DNA from: Wickerhamiella versatilis
Taxonomy: Eukaryota
Reading direction: 5' to 3'
NCBI GenBank assembly: GCA_030867685.1
Contig: JAQOWU010000008.1
Location: forward strand, 2,542,001-2,606,000
Length of the DNA: 64,000 nt
Both the position numbers and the translations under genes were made by a program. The notes beneath the pieces were generated by a model. That model did no database searches. It was not told the DNA's origin and saw nothing but the letters and a program-made list of their open reading frames with translations. Below are positions 52,368 to 62,762 of this stretch, one piece after another (position 1 is the stretch's first letter; the number at the start of each line of letters is the position of its first letter).

Positions 52368-52522
52368 GGAAAACACTTTAATCTATATTGTAATAGTGTC
52401 TTTTTTTTTCTGCATTTTCTTTCGCCGCCTATCAAGCGCACATGAACCAACGCAGGGTTAGGGCATCGACGTAGTTTTGGCTATAACTTCGCTCAGTTGA
52501 TTAATTTTTCAAAGCAGGATTA

Positions 52523-54613
52523 ATGTCGAGCGAACCAGCGCCCCTACCACAAGGAGCAGGATATGGTGTTCTCGTTGGTGTCGGTATGGCATTTGCTGTA
52601 GGTATGATTGGAACCACTGCAGCGTTGCGGCGTTATCAGAAAGAGAAAGTCACATCGGAAGAGTTCGCAACGGCAGGCCGCAGTGTTAATTCAGGGCTAG
52701 TTGCCTCTGCAGTCGTGAGTTCCTGGACCTGGGCTGCAACGCTGCTCACCTCAACGGCTAAATGTTTTACTTATGGGGTTAGCGGACCCATCTGGTACGC
52801 ATCAGGAGCAGCCGTACAGGTTATTCTGTTCGCAACCCTGGCGATAGAACTTAAGCGAAAGGCACCTGGTGCACATACATATCTCGAGATAGTCCGAGCT
52901 CGATATGGCGTACTTGCACATTCGGTGTACATGGCTTATGCCTGGATCACAAATATTCTGGTGATGGCAATGTTGCTCGCAGGAGGGTCATCCACTGTTG
53001 AGTTCTTGACCGGCATGCATCCTGTTGCGGCAGTATTTTTATTACCATTGGGTGTTGCATTCTACACGTTATTCGGTGGACTCAAGGCTACATTCTTGAC
53101 AGACTACGTTCACACATTTATTCTCTTCGTCATTATATTTATCTTCACGTTCAAAACGTACACCACTGATGAGTACATTGGGTCTCCAGGAATGATGTGG
53201 GAAAAACTCACCGAACTGGCCAAGACTTCACCACTTGAAGGTAATGCAGAAGGCTCTTATCTTACTATGAAGTCTCATCCTGGTGGAATATTTTTAGTGA
53301 TCAACCTAATCGGAAACTTTGGCACTGTTTTCCTCGACAATGGTTATTGGAATAAGGCTATTGCCGCAAGCCCTGCAGCGGCTCTGCCGGGATATGTGAT
53401 TGGTGGTGTATCTTGGTTTGCAATTCCTTGGGTTTGTGCCACTACCCTGGGCTTGGCCGGTCTTGTTTTACAGAATACCCCAGCGTGGCCTACATCTCCA
53501 CTCACGGCTGATCAAGTGAGCTCAGGACTCGTACTTCCCGTGAGTGCAGTCGCGCTCATGGGTAAAGGAGGCGGCGCGGCAGCATTGGTACTAGTTTTTA
53601 TGGCAGTCACGTCGGCTTCGTCGGCTGAAATGGTCAGTGCTTCCTCTGTCTATACCTATGACATTTACAAGACGTATATCAACCCTCGTGCTACTGGAAG
53701 GCAGCTCATTTGGCAAACACATGCCGCGGTGTGTGTTTTCACACTTGCTATGATTGGTTTTGCCATTGGATTGTACTACGGCGGTGTTCAAATGGGATGG
53801 TTATATACATTCATGGGGATCGTCTTAGGGGCTTGCGTCCCTCCCCTAAGTTTATGCTTCTATTGGAAAGGACTAAATTGGTACTCGGCGACTTTGGCCG
53901 CACCAATATCTACCGGCTTAGGAATTATGGCCTGGCTTGTAGTTACAAAGACAATGTACGGCGATGTCAGTGTCGCTAATTCGGGGCTAGATTATCCTAT
54001 GCTGACCGGTAACTTGGTATCATTCGGGACACCGCTACCACTAATGTTCATCTTTCAACTTATATTTGGTAACGATGATTTCGACTGGGAAGAACTCAAG
54101 AACCTCCAGTCAGTTCGTGACCTGCCGGATGAGCCACCTGAAGGAGATCAAAGTGCACTGGAGAAAGGTTCTGGTCCTAATATGGAGATGGTGCTAGCCG
54201 ATGAAGCCGAATGGGAGAAAGAATACCAGGTTCTTACTCGCTATGCGAAATGGGCTCGTGGCATGTGTGTATTTGCAGCTCTCTCTTTAATCATCATCTG
54301 GCCCATGCCAATGTTTGGTACAGGATACATTTTTTCCAAACAGTTCTTCTCAGGCTGGGTTATTGTAGGTATTATTTGGCTGTTTTTCTCAACATTTGCG
54401 GTAGAGATACTGCCATTGTGGCAAGGAAGGGAACAGATCTGGCATACACTACGGGGTATCTGGTGGGACATGTCTGGAAAGTCCTACAAGGTTAGAGAGT
54501 GGCAAAAGGAACACCCAGAAGAGCTTCATCGGGTTTTGTCACCACACGTTTCAGCCTTATCTGGTGTTGATCGTCCGACTGAAGATACACCAACACTAGT
54601 TAAGCGTGATTAA
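52523..54613 (+). CDS. DUR3: Urea/polyamine active transporter (sodium:solute symporter family)
   Basis: SAVVSSWTWAATLL, ELKRKAPGAHT, GGLKATFLTDYVHT, GNFGTVFLDNGYW, TYDIYKTYINP. Confidence 0.96.
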   Translation: MSSEPAPLPQGAGYGVLVGVGMAFAVGMIGTTAALRRYQKEKVTSEEFATAGRSVNSGLVASAVVSSWTWAATLLTSTAKCFTYGVSGPIWYASGAAVQVILFATLAIELKRKAPGAHTYLEIVRARYGVLAHSVYMAYAWITNILVMAMLLAGGSSTVEFLTGMHPVAAVFLLPLGVAFYTLFGGLKATFLTDYVHTFILFVIIFIFTFKTYTTDEYIGSPGMMWEKLTELAKTSPLEGNAEGSYLTMKSHPGGIFLVINLIGNFGTVFLDNGYWNKAIAASPAAALPGYVIGGVSWFAIPWVCATTLGLAGLVLQNTPAWPTSPLTADQVSSGLVLPVSAVALMGKGGGAAALVLVFMAVTSASSAEMVSASSVYTYDIYKTYINPRATGRQLIWQTHAAVCVFTLAMIGFAIGLYYGGVQMGWLYTFMGIVLGACVPPLSLCFYWKGLNWYSATLAAPISTGLGIMAWLVVTKTMYGDVSVANSGLDYPMLTGNLVSFGTPLPLMFIFQLIFGNDDFDWEELKNLQSVRDLPDEPPEGDQSALEKGSGPNMEMVLADEAEWEKEYQVLTRYAKWARGMCVFAALSLIIIWPMPMFGTGYIFSKQFFSGWVIVGIIWLFFSTFAVEILPLWQGREQIWHTLRGIWWDMSGKSYKVREWQKEHPEELHRVLSPHVSALSGVDRPTEDTPTLVKRD

Positions 54614-54852
54614 TATAGAAATTTATATATCCAGGGATTACCTATTTCATATGAATTGTAACTAATGGCGGGGTTTAGTGAAAATGACTTGTTTCTATCA
54701 TACCCGCAGGAAGCATGAGTAAACCTATAGGTATTCTGCTTGGTAGTGTCGGTTACAATCACGCTCGTCATAGCGCTACTAGGTACGAATACATCACTAT
54801 TCAAATTTCAATAGGTAATGGGATGGGCAAACTAGACCCTACTTAAATACGC

Positions 54853-56535
54853 CTAAAAGTTGAAACCACCCTGACCTTGGCCCTGACCAAAGTTGAAACC
54901 TCCATTGAACTGTTGCTGTCCAAACTGGAATGCATCACCTTGCGTTTGCGGTGCAAGACCCGTATCACCGACCTCATCTTCGTCAGAGAAGTATTTCGTG
55001 ATGATGTTATAGGCAGCGTTGTAAATTTGTTCATTAACGTTGCTTTGTGCATCATTAATCTTGTCAAGACCGCCGGCCTCCTCAATGTAAAGAGCATATT
55101 CATTGACTCCCGTTCCATTAAGCCCCTTCTCCATTTCACCGACTCTTAATATATTTTCAAGGCCATCCAAAGCTACTTGAATGACTCGGTTGTCCACAGA
55201 GCCCAGGAGGTCACACAACGGCTTGATGCAGCCCTGGTTCACCAAATAGCGGATCTGTTCTGGGTGTGTGGATGCACGGGAAGTGGCATTGGAGATCGCC
55301 CAGCAAGCCTCGCGACGTGTCTTCGACTCACCCTGGCTCATAAGACTGATTAGCGGTGGGAAAAGGTTCGCATCGATCACAGCTTGGACCTGCTGAGGGT
55401 TGCCAGCAGTAATGTTAGACAATGTCCAGCATGCCTCTTTACGCAGACCTTCACTCGGAGAAGAAAGCAGCTGCAAGAGCTTCGAGAGCGCACCCGCATT
55501 AATGACAGTCTGAGTTTGTTCGTCATTACCTGTAACAATATTACCCAGTGACCTCAAAGCTGGTGTCTGCAACTGAGTGCTACGGTGGCCCAGAAGTTCG
55601 ACAAGTCTACGGGGCATACCGGCATCGATTACTGCCTGGATCTTCTCGCTGACTCCATCGCTCAGGTAGGAGATGGCCCAACAGGCATCAACCATAACTT
55701 CTTCATCTTGATGGTATATAAGTTTGGCCAAAGTGGGAATTGAATCTTTGATTTGATTCCAGTCCGGCTGAGGGGCACGACCTCGACAGAAGTTAGACAG
55801 CGTCCATGTAGCATTACGAACAAGTCCGATCCGCGGGGAATCAGTCAGAGCCAACACTGGTTTGAGTGTACCATTTGAGAGCACCAGATCACGGCATTGC
55901 GGACTGTCTCCGGCAATATTTCCGAGAGCCCAAACAGCTTGTTCCTGGACTTGAACATCATTCGAAAGCAAGAGCTGCGCAAACAAGGGAACTGAGCCTG
56001 CTTGAATAACGACTGCAGTCTGCTGCGCATCTCCACTTGCGATATTGGTGAGCGTCCAGGCAGCCTCGAACTGGAGGCTTGTGTTGCTGCTCTTAAGAAA
56101 CTCCACGAAACGTGGGACCACGCCACACTCGATCACCTTCTGAATAGGTGGATTGTGCTCCTTGCTCAGTAGCTTGCGGAATTTAACTGTAGCATCAAGA
56201 GCTCGCTCCAAGGAGTCGCCATTCAAATCTTCCAGCATCTGGGGCAGCTCACGGTTCAGTCCACCCTCAAGGCCCGACCTCATGGAGCCACCATATATAC
56301 GTGAGTCTTCCTCATCGCTGCTAAAACCAACACCATCGACGTCAAGATCCTCGTCCACTGGTGCGGTGGCAGCGTTGCGTCGCTTAGCGAGATTTTCATC
56401 GCGCTTTGCCTTACGGATTTCTACCTGCGCTTCTTCACGTCGACGTCTAAGTTCATCAGCACGAAATTGGCCACGGTTCTTAAAGTTCGTGCGCCGATGC
56501 TCTGGAACATAGCGCCCGAAGAGGTCTGAGCTCAT
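54853..56535 (-). CDS. SRP1: Importin alpha (karyopherin alpha)
   Basis: IBB domain [35 protein letters not shown] repeats [28 protein letters not shown] at 56535. Confidence 0.97.
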   Translation of the reverse strand: MSSDLFGRYVPEHRRTNFKNRGQFRADELRRRREEAQVEIRKAKRDENLAKRRNAATAPVDEDLDVDGVGFSSDEEDSRIYGGSMRSGLEGGLNRELPQMLEDLNGDSLERALDATVKFRKLLSKEHNPPIQKVIECGVVPRFVEFLKSSNTSLQFEAAWTLTNIASGDAQQTAVVIQAGSVPLFAQLLLSNDVQVQEQAVWALGNIAGDSPQCRDLVLSNGTLKPVLALTDSPRIGLVRNATWTLSNFCRGRAPQPDWNQIKDSIPTLAKLIYHQDEEVMVDACWAISYLSDGVSEKIQAVIDAGMPRRLVELLGHRSTQLQTPALRSLGNIVTGNDEQTQTVINAGALSKLLQLLSSPSEGLRKEACWTLSNITAGNPQQVQAVIDANLFPPLISLMSQGESKTRREACWAISNATSRASTHPEQIRYLVNQGCIKPLCDLLGSVDNRVIQVALDGLENILRVGEMEKGLNGTGVNEYALYIEEAGGLDKINDAQSNVNEQIYNAAYNIITKYFSDEDEVGDTGLAPQTQGDAFQFGQQQFNGGFNFGQGQGQGGFNF

Positions 56536-56744
56536 TGTGTTCACCTCAAGCGGCTTGTTTATTAGAAAAAAAAGATGCGTGCTATGTCAGCAAGCTTATA
56601 CTTCAAAACGGCCCGAGGGCCTGTGGCGCTACATAGGTCTCGTGACCAAGAGTTCTGTGCAATTTTCGTATTTAGTAAAATAATATAGAAGTTAAATTTG
56701 AAAAAAATTGGACAGATTGAAACATGGTACAAAAAAAAGTTGAG

Positions 56745-56817
56745 AGGTCTTGCGCGGATTCGAACCGCGGTTGTTGGAATCAGAATCCAAAGTGATAACC
56801 AACTACACTACAAGACC
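56745..56817 (-). tRNA. tRNA-Gln(CTG)
   Basis: GGTCTTG/CAAGACC acceptor, TTGGA-TT-CTG-AT-TCCAA anticodon arm, GGTTCGAATCC; T8 terminator downstream. Confidence 0.95.
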
Positions 56818-56968
56818 GCTAGCGTAAGATAATTTGCTACAATTACTATTAAGATTCCAACAGATTATATTATATTCCCTATTTTAAAAACTACTTCATT
56901 TTTTTTTGAGTATTTTGCAGAGATAAAAATACATCTTATAGGTATGCAAGCTAAAGAAACTATCCTTT

Positions 56969-58099
56969 TTAAATAAAAGTTGCACCTCGCATAATGGCCT
57001 CGTGTTCACGCTCCACCCGAGCTCTCACTGCAAGTCGCGCCTGTTGTAGAAGTTGCTTGCGTCCGTCATCAGGCATAACTGCCTTAGTACCGGCGGTGGG
57101 CTTCAAACTTGGGTTTTTATCTGCATTGAGCCGCAGGTTTGTGTTCGATGTACGCAATCGTAAGGGGCGCGTGGGACTGTGACTTGGACTGTGACTTGGA
57201 CTGTTACTTGGACTATGACTGGAGCCAAAATGAGGGCTTCGAGGTGGACTCCGAGGGGGACTGGAAGTACCCTTGGGTGATAATCTAATCCGTTGCTGAT
57301 TAGGTGGAGGCGAAGACAACCGTGGAGTAGGACCAGGGGTAGGTTGCCCAGCTCCTTGCCGGAGGCTGATGTGTTGTCGACCCCGAGTCTCCCTGGACTC
57401 TGGACTTTGACTACGAGGATGAACCTTTGTCGCAGGCATGGGGACCTTGGACAATGTAGCCTTGTAAATACGCGCTACTTGGATTTCAATACCTACTTGA
57501 TGCAAGTATCCCATAATAATCTTCGCTCGGGCGTCTTTAGTACGCTGAGGAAATCTGGAAACTAGAGCCATTGCAATATTTTGTCGTACCTCGGTGGGCA
57601 AAGGATGCTCTACAAAAATTTCCGACCGGGAGAGGGTCCGAACATATTCATCAGCACTTGCATCGGCTTCGAGAACACAGAAGTGGAATAATGGAGAGTC
57701 AAACTGAGGTAGTTCGATCATCTGCGGGTGATGTGACAATATAAGCATTGCCCGAAATCTGTTTTTGACCCAGTCCACCAAAACACGATGTGGATCGGTT
57801 GCAATGACATGCTTGAAACCGTTTAAATTATACATTTTGTCAAGCTGCTCGCGGTCCTCGGGATCCAATTCAGCCAAATCACTAGGTTTGGGATGCAAGC
57901 TGCCATGCGCGATGTCGAGCCTGCGGAACATGTAATATAGCGCTTTTACCTGGAGGTCTACATTATCCTCTGATGACCCCTGCCTATACTGAGGAATGGC
58001 AATCTGTCCTCTTGGTCTCCACAGTGACTTAAATGCCTCCATTGGAAGTGCTGGAGGAAGGTGATCTGAGCTTTTTGCTTTGTCACGGACGGAAGACAT
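56969..58099 (-). CDS. Uncharacterised protein with S/P-rich region; possible Gip4 orthologue by synteny
   Basis: 376-aa ATG ORF; helical N-half, (SPSH)n repeats, C-terminal helix; identity not recognised from sequence. Confidence 0.6.
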   Translation of the reverse strand: MSSVRDKAKSSDHLPPALPMEAFKSLWRPRGQIAIPQYRQGSSEDNVDLQVKALYYMFRRLDIAHGSLHPKPSDLAELDPEDREQLDKMYNLNGFKHVIATDPHRVLVDWVKNRFRAMLILSHHPQMIELPQFDSPLFHFCVLEADASADEYVRTLSRSEIFVEHPLPTEVRQNIAMALVSRFPQRTKDARAKIIMGYLHQVGIEIQVARIYKATLSKVPMPATKVHPRSQSPESRETRGRQHISLRQGAGQPTPGPTPRLSSPPPNQQRIRLSPKGTSSPPRSPPRSPHFGSSHSPSNSPSHSPSHSPTRPLRLRTSNTNLRLNADKNPSLKPTAGTKAVMPDDGRKQLLQQARLAVRARVEREHEAIMRGATFI

Positions 58100-58151
58100 C
58101 TCTAAATGTAAACAAATGCTGGGCAGGGGTTAAAGCGAGGCCATTCTCAAC

Positions 58152-58171
58152 AGATAGATAGATAGATAGAT
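58152..58171. repeat. (AGAT)5 microsatellite
   Basis: AGATAGATAGATAGATAGAT in the 100-bp gap downstream of SCD5. Confidence 0.85.
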
Positions 58172-58199
58172 AAAACAAATTAAATATGCTGTGAACATC

Positions 58200-60077
58200 C
58201 TACCACCGGGGGACTTGCTGTCGCATTGCCGAAAAGTCATAGAATCCCTGCGGAGCAGGATTGTACTGCGCGTTAGGCTGTTGTGGGTTATTGTATCCCG
58301 TGGGGTAGGCTGTTTGTGCAAATGCTGGGTCTGGAGATGTACCGTGAAGTTGTGAAGCAGATACCTGCTGTGGCGTATATCCCATTTGGCTTGGATAGCT
58401 TGTTGAATGTGGGGGCATAACAGATGAAGGGTTTTGTACATAGTTTTGCATGCCGTTAGGCGCGAGTTGTGTGAAGCTGTTTGCGCCATACCCCTGAGAC
58501 GGGGGTTGAAGTCCAATATTTGTTCCAGAGGATTGAGGTTGTATTCCAGGGTATTGTGATTGCATCGTGGTTCCGGAATATTGAGGCTGGATGCCAGAGT
58601 ACTGGGGCTGTATTCCTGGGGCAGGAGCAGGGGTTTGTGATCCGTAATATTGCAGCTGTATCGAGGGGTTTGGCCGCTGCACACCCGAGAATTGGGGCTG
58701 AATCTGGGGTGCTGCCACTCCGGAATATTGGGGTTGCATAGCAGGAGCCAGCGTCCCAAATGCTTGCGTGCCAACCCCCGACCCCTGGGGTGATAGCATC
58801 TGGGATCCCGTATTCTGCGATTGGAGTCCTGATCCCTGGGGTGATAGCATCTGGGATCCCATATTCTGCGATTGGAGTCCTGATCCCTGGGGTGATAGCA
58901 TCTGGGATCCCGTATTCTGCGATTGGAGTCCTGATCCCTGGGGTGATAAATTTTGAAATCCAGAGTGCTGTGGCTGAATGCCTGATATTTGAGGAGAGAG
59001 CATGGGGAATCCAGAATTTTGTAGCTGGTTTCCCGGTTTCGGGGCAGAGAAAGCTGCACGGGGTTCCATGTTCTGACTACCTGACAATTGGGGAGTAATC
59101 ACGGATCCAGAATTCTGTGGCTGGAGTCCAGAGCCTTGAGGAGACAGAATACGGCTCTCCTGTCCACGTCGTCCAGAAAGCTGGCTCGAGCCAGTCATTT
59201 GGTTTTGAACTGATGAAAGCTGAGGGCCTGTGCTCTGGGGCTGTAGACTTCCATTTGACGTTTTTTGCTGCAAATCATTTATAAAAGAATCCCCAGGTTG
59301 CATTGACATACCCATCTGCTCTGCCTGTACTGGACCCGTCATGTTGGGTTGCAATCGCGGCGGGGGAGGTGTAGGTGGCACAGAGGATACCCCATTATGC
59401 AAAACAGAGTCAATGTTAATATTCTCAAATTGGGAGTTGACTGCAGGCTCAGGCTCAGGCTCACTCTGAGGCTCTTCCTGTTGCTCTTCCAATTCCTCTT
59501 TCGGAGGCGGAATAGGATTAAATAGCTGTCGTTGCCGTAAAAGCTCTGACATACTCCGCTGCGCCGCTTCCGCTACCTGTGGGGGTCCAGAATCAAATGT
59601 AACTCTCTTTTTTCTGGATTTTCCGCCTGTATCTTGCATACCACCACCACCTGTCATTAGAGTCATAAATGAGTCCATATCACCACCACCTTGTTGAAAG
59701 GGATTACCCTGCTGACCAGATGCTGAAGCCTTACGTTTTGCCAATATCGACTTTGGCTTAGGAACAGGGGCAGCAACAAAAGCTAGTTCTCGTCGTGGTG
59801 ATTTACCTTGCAGTAGGTGTCCTGCCAATCTCAAAAATGCATAAAATTGCGGTGGATCTAGTGTCACTAATCTGGCTCCAAATAATTGAAGAATTCGCTG
59901 CTTGTCAATACCGCTAATGCCAAAGTTGCCGACAAAATTGAGTATGTCACCCGTGGCTATGCTCTCACTCCTTTTTCGTAGTAAGATGTCAGTATACCAT
60001 CGAGGATACGCCCTTTGCTCTGCCGGTGATAAGGCAAGTGCCTCCACCGTCAGGTTTCGTGGCAGGGTATCGCTCAT
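58200..60077 (-). CDS. SCD5: Scd5, PP1-targeting endocytic/actin patch protein
   Basis: N-terminal YPRWYTDILLR/QFYAFLRLAGH domain, RVxF motif KKRVTF, many LxxQxTG-like repeats. Confidence 0.8.
   Translation of the reverse strand: MSDTLPRNLTVEALALSPAEQRAYPRWYTDILLRKRSESIATGDILNFVGNFGISGIDKQRILQLFGARLVTLDPPQFYAFLRLAGHLLQGKSPRRELAFVAAPVPKPKSILAKRKASASGQQGNPFQQGGGDMDSFMTLMTGGGGMQDTGGKSRKKRVTFDSGPPQVAEAAQRSMSELLRQRQLFNPIPPPKEELEEQQEEPQSEPEPEPAVNSQFENINIDSVLHNGVSSVPPTPPPPRLQPNMTGPVQAEQMGMSMQPGDSFINDLQQKTSNGSLQPQSTGPQLSSVQNQMTGSSQLSGRRGQESRILSPQGSGLQPQNSGSVITPQLSGSQNMEPRAAFSAPKPGNQLQNSGFPMLSPQISGIQPQHSGFQNLSPQGSGLQSQNTGSQMLSPQGSGLQSQNMGSQMLSPQGSGLQSQNTGSQMLSPQGSGVGTQAFGTLAPAMQPQYSGVAAPQIQPQFSGVQRPNPSIQLQYYGSQTPAPAPGIQPQYSGIQPQYSGTTMQSQYPGIQPQSSGTNIGLQPPSQGYGANSFTQLAPNGMQNYVQNPSSVMPPHSTSYPSQMGYTPQQVSASQLHGTSPDPAFAQTAYPTGYNNPQQPNAQYNPAPQGFYDFSAMRQQVPRW
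58783..58948 (-). repeat. 51-bp tandem repeat (about 3.25 near-identical copies) in SCD5
   Basis: Unit starts at 58783, 58834, 58885, 58936; encodes LSPQGSGLQSQN(T/M)GSQM. Confidence 0.92.
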
Positions 60078-60431
60078 CTGATAGCCAGCAGTATGTCGAT
60101 GCTGAGGTAATGCGTGAGTGGCTTTCTAAATGCTAATGAAGCCGACGGTGAATTTCAGCGAAGTTCAGCAGATCGTTACTCCAAAATTTGAGTGCTATTT
60201 AACTCAGAGAATATTACAGTACGCTCAATCCATTAAAAACATTCATAGGAAAGGATCAAATGTGGTTGAAGGCTTTTAGTGACTGTAGGAATAAGATTAT
60301 CCAGTAGTAACAATAAATGCTTTATCCCCTGTTGTCACAAACAACCAGATATTATCTTTAAGCCCCTGCTATATTCCTTTAACGTCCTAACGTCCTAATG
60401 ACGAAGTCAAAACCCTACCCTAACTAGGTAA

Positions 60432-60965
60432 ATGCTTGGCTCTGCCGAGTTGTCGTGGGTGCGTCAAATTTCGGGCCAACAAGTCAATAGTGTTGATGAT
60501 CTTAAGTCAGGGGTAGTCCTTTGTGAATTGGCTAATGCAATTCGTCCGGGTTCGACACGGTTCCGCAATTCTCCCTTGCCGTTTTTCTGCCGTGAAAATA
60601 TTGTTAGCTTTTTGCATGCAGCTCATGAAATTGGGGTACCTGACCATGAACTTTTTGATACAGAGGATCTTTACGAGGGGTTGGACACAAAGATGGTCGC
60701 CACTACGCTGCGAAGTCTGTCTCGCCAAGCTCATAAATTAAACCCCGATCTTCCAGTATTGGGGCCGTCGTTAAACCAAAAGCACACCCCTCCTAAACCA
60801 GATCCACGTAAGAAACCCATAGGGTGGAATGAGCATCAATATGGCTCTCTTCGAGGATACAGTCAAGCCGGTAACACTTCTGGAACACGTGACATTGTCA
60901 TGCACCAGAGCAAGTGGATTGGAACAGATCCTGCTGATTTGGACAGCCGAGAACCATTTCATTAA
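60432..60965 (+). CDS. SCP1: Transgelin/calponin-like actin-bundling protein
   Basis: CH domain LKSGVVLCELAN, ENIVSFL, LFDTEDLYE; calponin-like repeat QYGSLRGYSQAG. Confidence 0.88.
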   Translation: MLGSAELSWVRQISGQQVNSVDDLKSGVVLCELANAIRPGSTRFRNSPLPFFCRENIVSFLHAAHEIGVPDHELFDTEDLYEGLDTKMVATTLRSLSRQAHKLNPDLPVLGPSLNQKHTPPKPDPRKKPIGWNEHQYGSLRGYSQAGNTSGTRDIVMHQSKWIGTDPADLDSREPFH

Positions 60966-61032
60966 ATAACTAATATTACTTTATTTCTCACATGTCAATA
61001 GTAAATTTGCTGAGGACCAACTCTCAGTCAGC

Positions 61033-62169
61033 ATGATTCGCCAGCTTTCAGTCCTACGGAGTTTCGCAAGGCCAAGTATCAGGCCGTGTTTCACCAAAAG
61101 GCTTTTCAGCGAGGTCAAAAGACAGGAACCTCCATTATATTGCACCATATTTGACCGAAGAGGTCAAGTTCTTAATGTGGCAGCAACGCTTGACCGAAGA
61201 CAATTTTTGAAGGAAAATGGATTGCACACAAGAGATATGCGTCACGTGGATGGCCAAAGTACAATTGTACCTGAGATTTTGGTACACAAAGGTAACATTT
61301 TGGTAGACATGTGTGACTTGCGGGTACTTATACGCAGTGACCGAGTTCTGGTTTTTCACAGTAAGGATCCTAGCATTGCTGAGCGGCTCAGCATACTTGT
61401 TTATGATTTTCAGGCAAAACTTGCAGCAGGTTATAGTCCCTACTATGCACAGAGCTATGAGCAGACGGCATTGGAAGTAGTTCTTATTCATGCCATGGCC
61501 AATCTTGAGGCGGAATTGGCACAAGTACTCACTGAGATTCGCCCTTTGCTAAAAGAGTTCGAGGAGAGGGTTGATCCACAGCTTCTGCGCGCTCTACTCG
61601 TCAGGTCGAAGGCACTTAAGAAATTTCATCGAAAGAGTCTTGCTGTTCGGAAGGCACTGGATGATGCATTGGATGAAGGCCCGGGCTTGCTTGACATGTA
61701 CTTAAGTGACATAGCACAGGGCCGTGCTCGCAGTGATTATACGGATATTGAGCTACTCTTGGAGACATACTTTAACCAAGCTGATGAAATCGTTCAAAGT
61801 GCAGGTCTCGCTGTGCGAGATTTGTCGACGACCGAAGACATCATTAATATTGTCATGGATGCGAATCACAACTCACTGCTTCTTTTCCGCTTGGAGATAT
61901 CTGTTCTCACCGTGGGATTTACGCTGTCGATGTTCTTTGCTGATCTCTATGGTATGAACCTTCACAACTTTTTGGAAGAGGCGGAGTGGGGTATGCCTAC
62001 TGCCTCATTATTTATTGCAGTGATCAGTCTACTTGGCACACTTTTTAATTTCAGGCGTTTGCAGGCGACAAGGCAGGTTTTTATGCCGGCAAAGGCGCCG
62101 CGTGACCGTCTGCCACTATGGAGCTGGCTCGCCACTGCGCAAGATGGGCCCAATCCTCGAGCTAGATAA
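61033..62169 (+). CDS. MRS2: Mitochondrial Mg2+ channel Mrs2 (CorA family)
   Basis: Presequence; LYCTIFD, RDMRHVD, ERLSILVYDFQAKL, ELLLETY, YGMNL motif with two TM helices. Confidence 0.85.
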   Translation: MIRQLSVLRSFARPSIRPCFTKRLFSEVKRQEPPLYCTIFDRRGQVLNVAATLDRRQFLKENGLHTRDMRHVDGQSTIVPEILVHKGNILVDMCDLRVLIRSDRVLVFHSKDPSIAERLSILVYDFQAKLAAGYSPYYAQSYEQTALEVVLIHAMANLEAELAQVLTEIRPLLKEFEERVDPQLLRALLVRSKALKKFHRKSLAVRKALDDALDEGPGLLDMYLSDIAQGRARSDYTDIELLLETYFNQADEIVQSAGLAVRDLSTTEDIINIVMDANHNSLLLFRLEISVLTVGFTLSMFFADLYGMNLHNFLEEAEWGMPTASLFIAVISLLGTLFNFRRLQATRQVFMPAKAPRDRLPLWSWLATAQDGPNPRAR

Positions 62170-62250
62170 AACTGTCTAGTTTTTTTTTACTTATATTGCA
62201 TTAATTAAGCGTTAATATATTATAGAAATATTAAGTGTACCACATAATGT

Positions 62251-62700
62251 TTATGCCACATCTGATTGACCAAGTATTTCCGATGTGTCCTTTACTGAAG
62301 GCACAACATAATTGAAATCAGGGATTGCAGCTTGAAGGGCAGCTGGAATTAATGCTTCTGGCGGTCTTAATTGCTTCAACACATGTACCCAGCCGTTGAC
62401 GGTTTCTGTTTGAATAACTCGCCATGCGTCATTTTGATCCACAACAGATCGCAGATCTATACCAGAAGTTGCCACTATTACAATTCCTGGGTTCTCCCTA
62501 AGTAGATTCGCGTAATTATTGCCATCGTCAACTTGGTCGACCACGACGACTGCATCGCGATGAAATCTGGACTTCTCAGGTCCACTCGATTGCCCTCTAG
62601 CGTTTTTCCAATACCAATATGACACTACTGCCGCACTAACACCTACGACAGCTCCACAGACCGCTGTTATACGTCGCGCTCGCCCAAAATTTCGAGTCAT
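62251..62700 (-). CDS. PEX22: Peroxin Pex22-like membrane anchor
   Basis: Basic N-terminus plus single TM (..VVSYWYWK); WRVIQTETVNGWVHVLKQL; synteny with RAD17/SCP1; ATG at 62700. Confidence 0.6.
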   Translation of the reverse strand: MTRNFGRARRITAVCGAVVGVSAAVVSYWYWKNARGQSSGPEKSRFHRDAVVVVDQVDDGNNYANLLRENPGIVIVATSGIDLRSVVDQNDAWRVIQTETVNGWVHVLKQLRPPEALIPAALQAAIPDFNYVVPSVKDTSEILGQSDVA

Positions 62701-62762
62701 TAACAAGGCTAGGGTTGCAGCCAGGACGCGTCTAGGAGGATAAGAAGCGGACCAGCTATGAT

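Noticed and set aside
58130-59059. 309-aa alternative-frame ORF overlapping SCD5
   Set aside because: Starts at GTG; its openness is explained by the 51-bp repeat and the Q/P/S codon bias of SCD5
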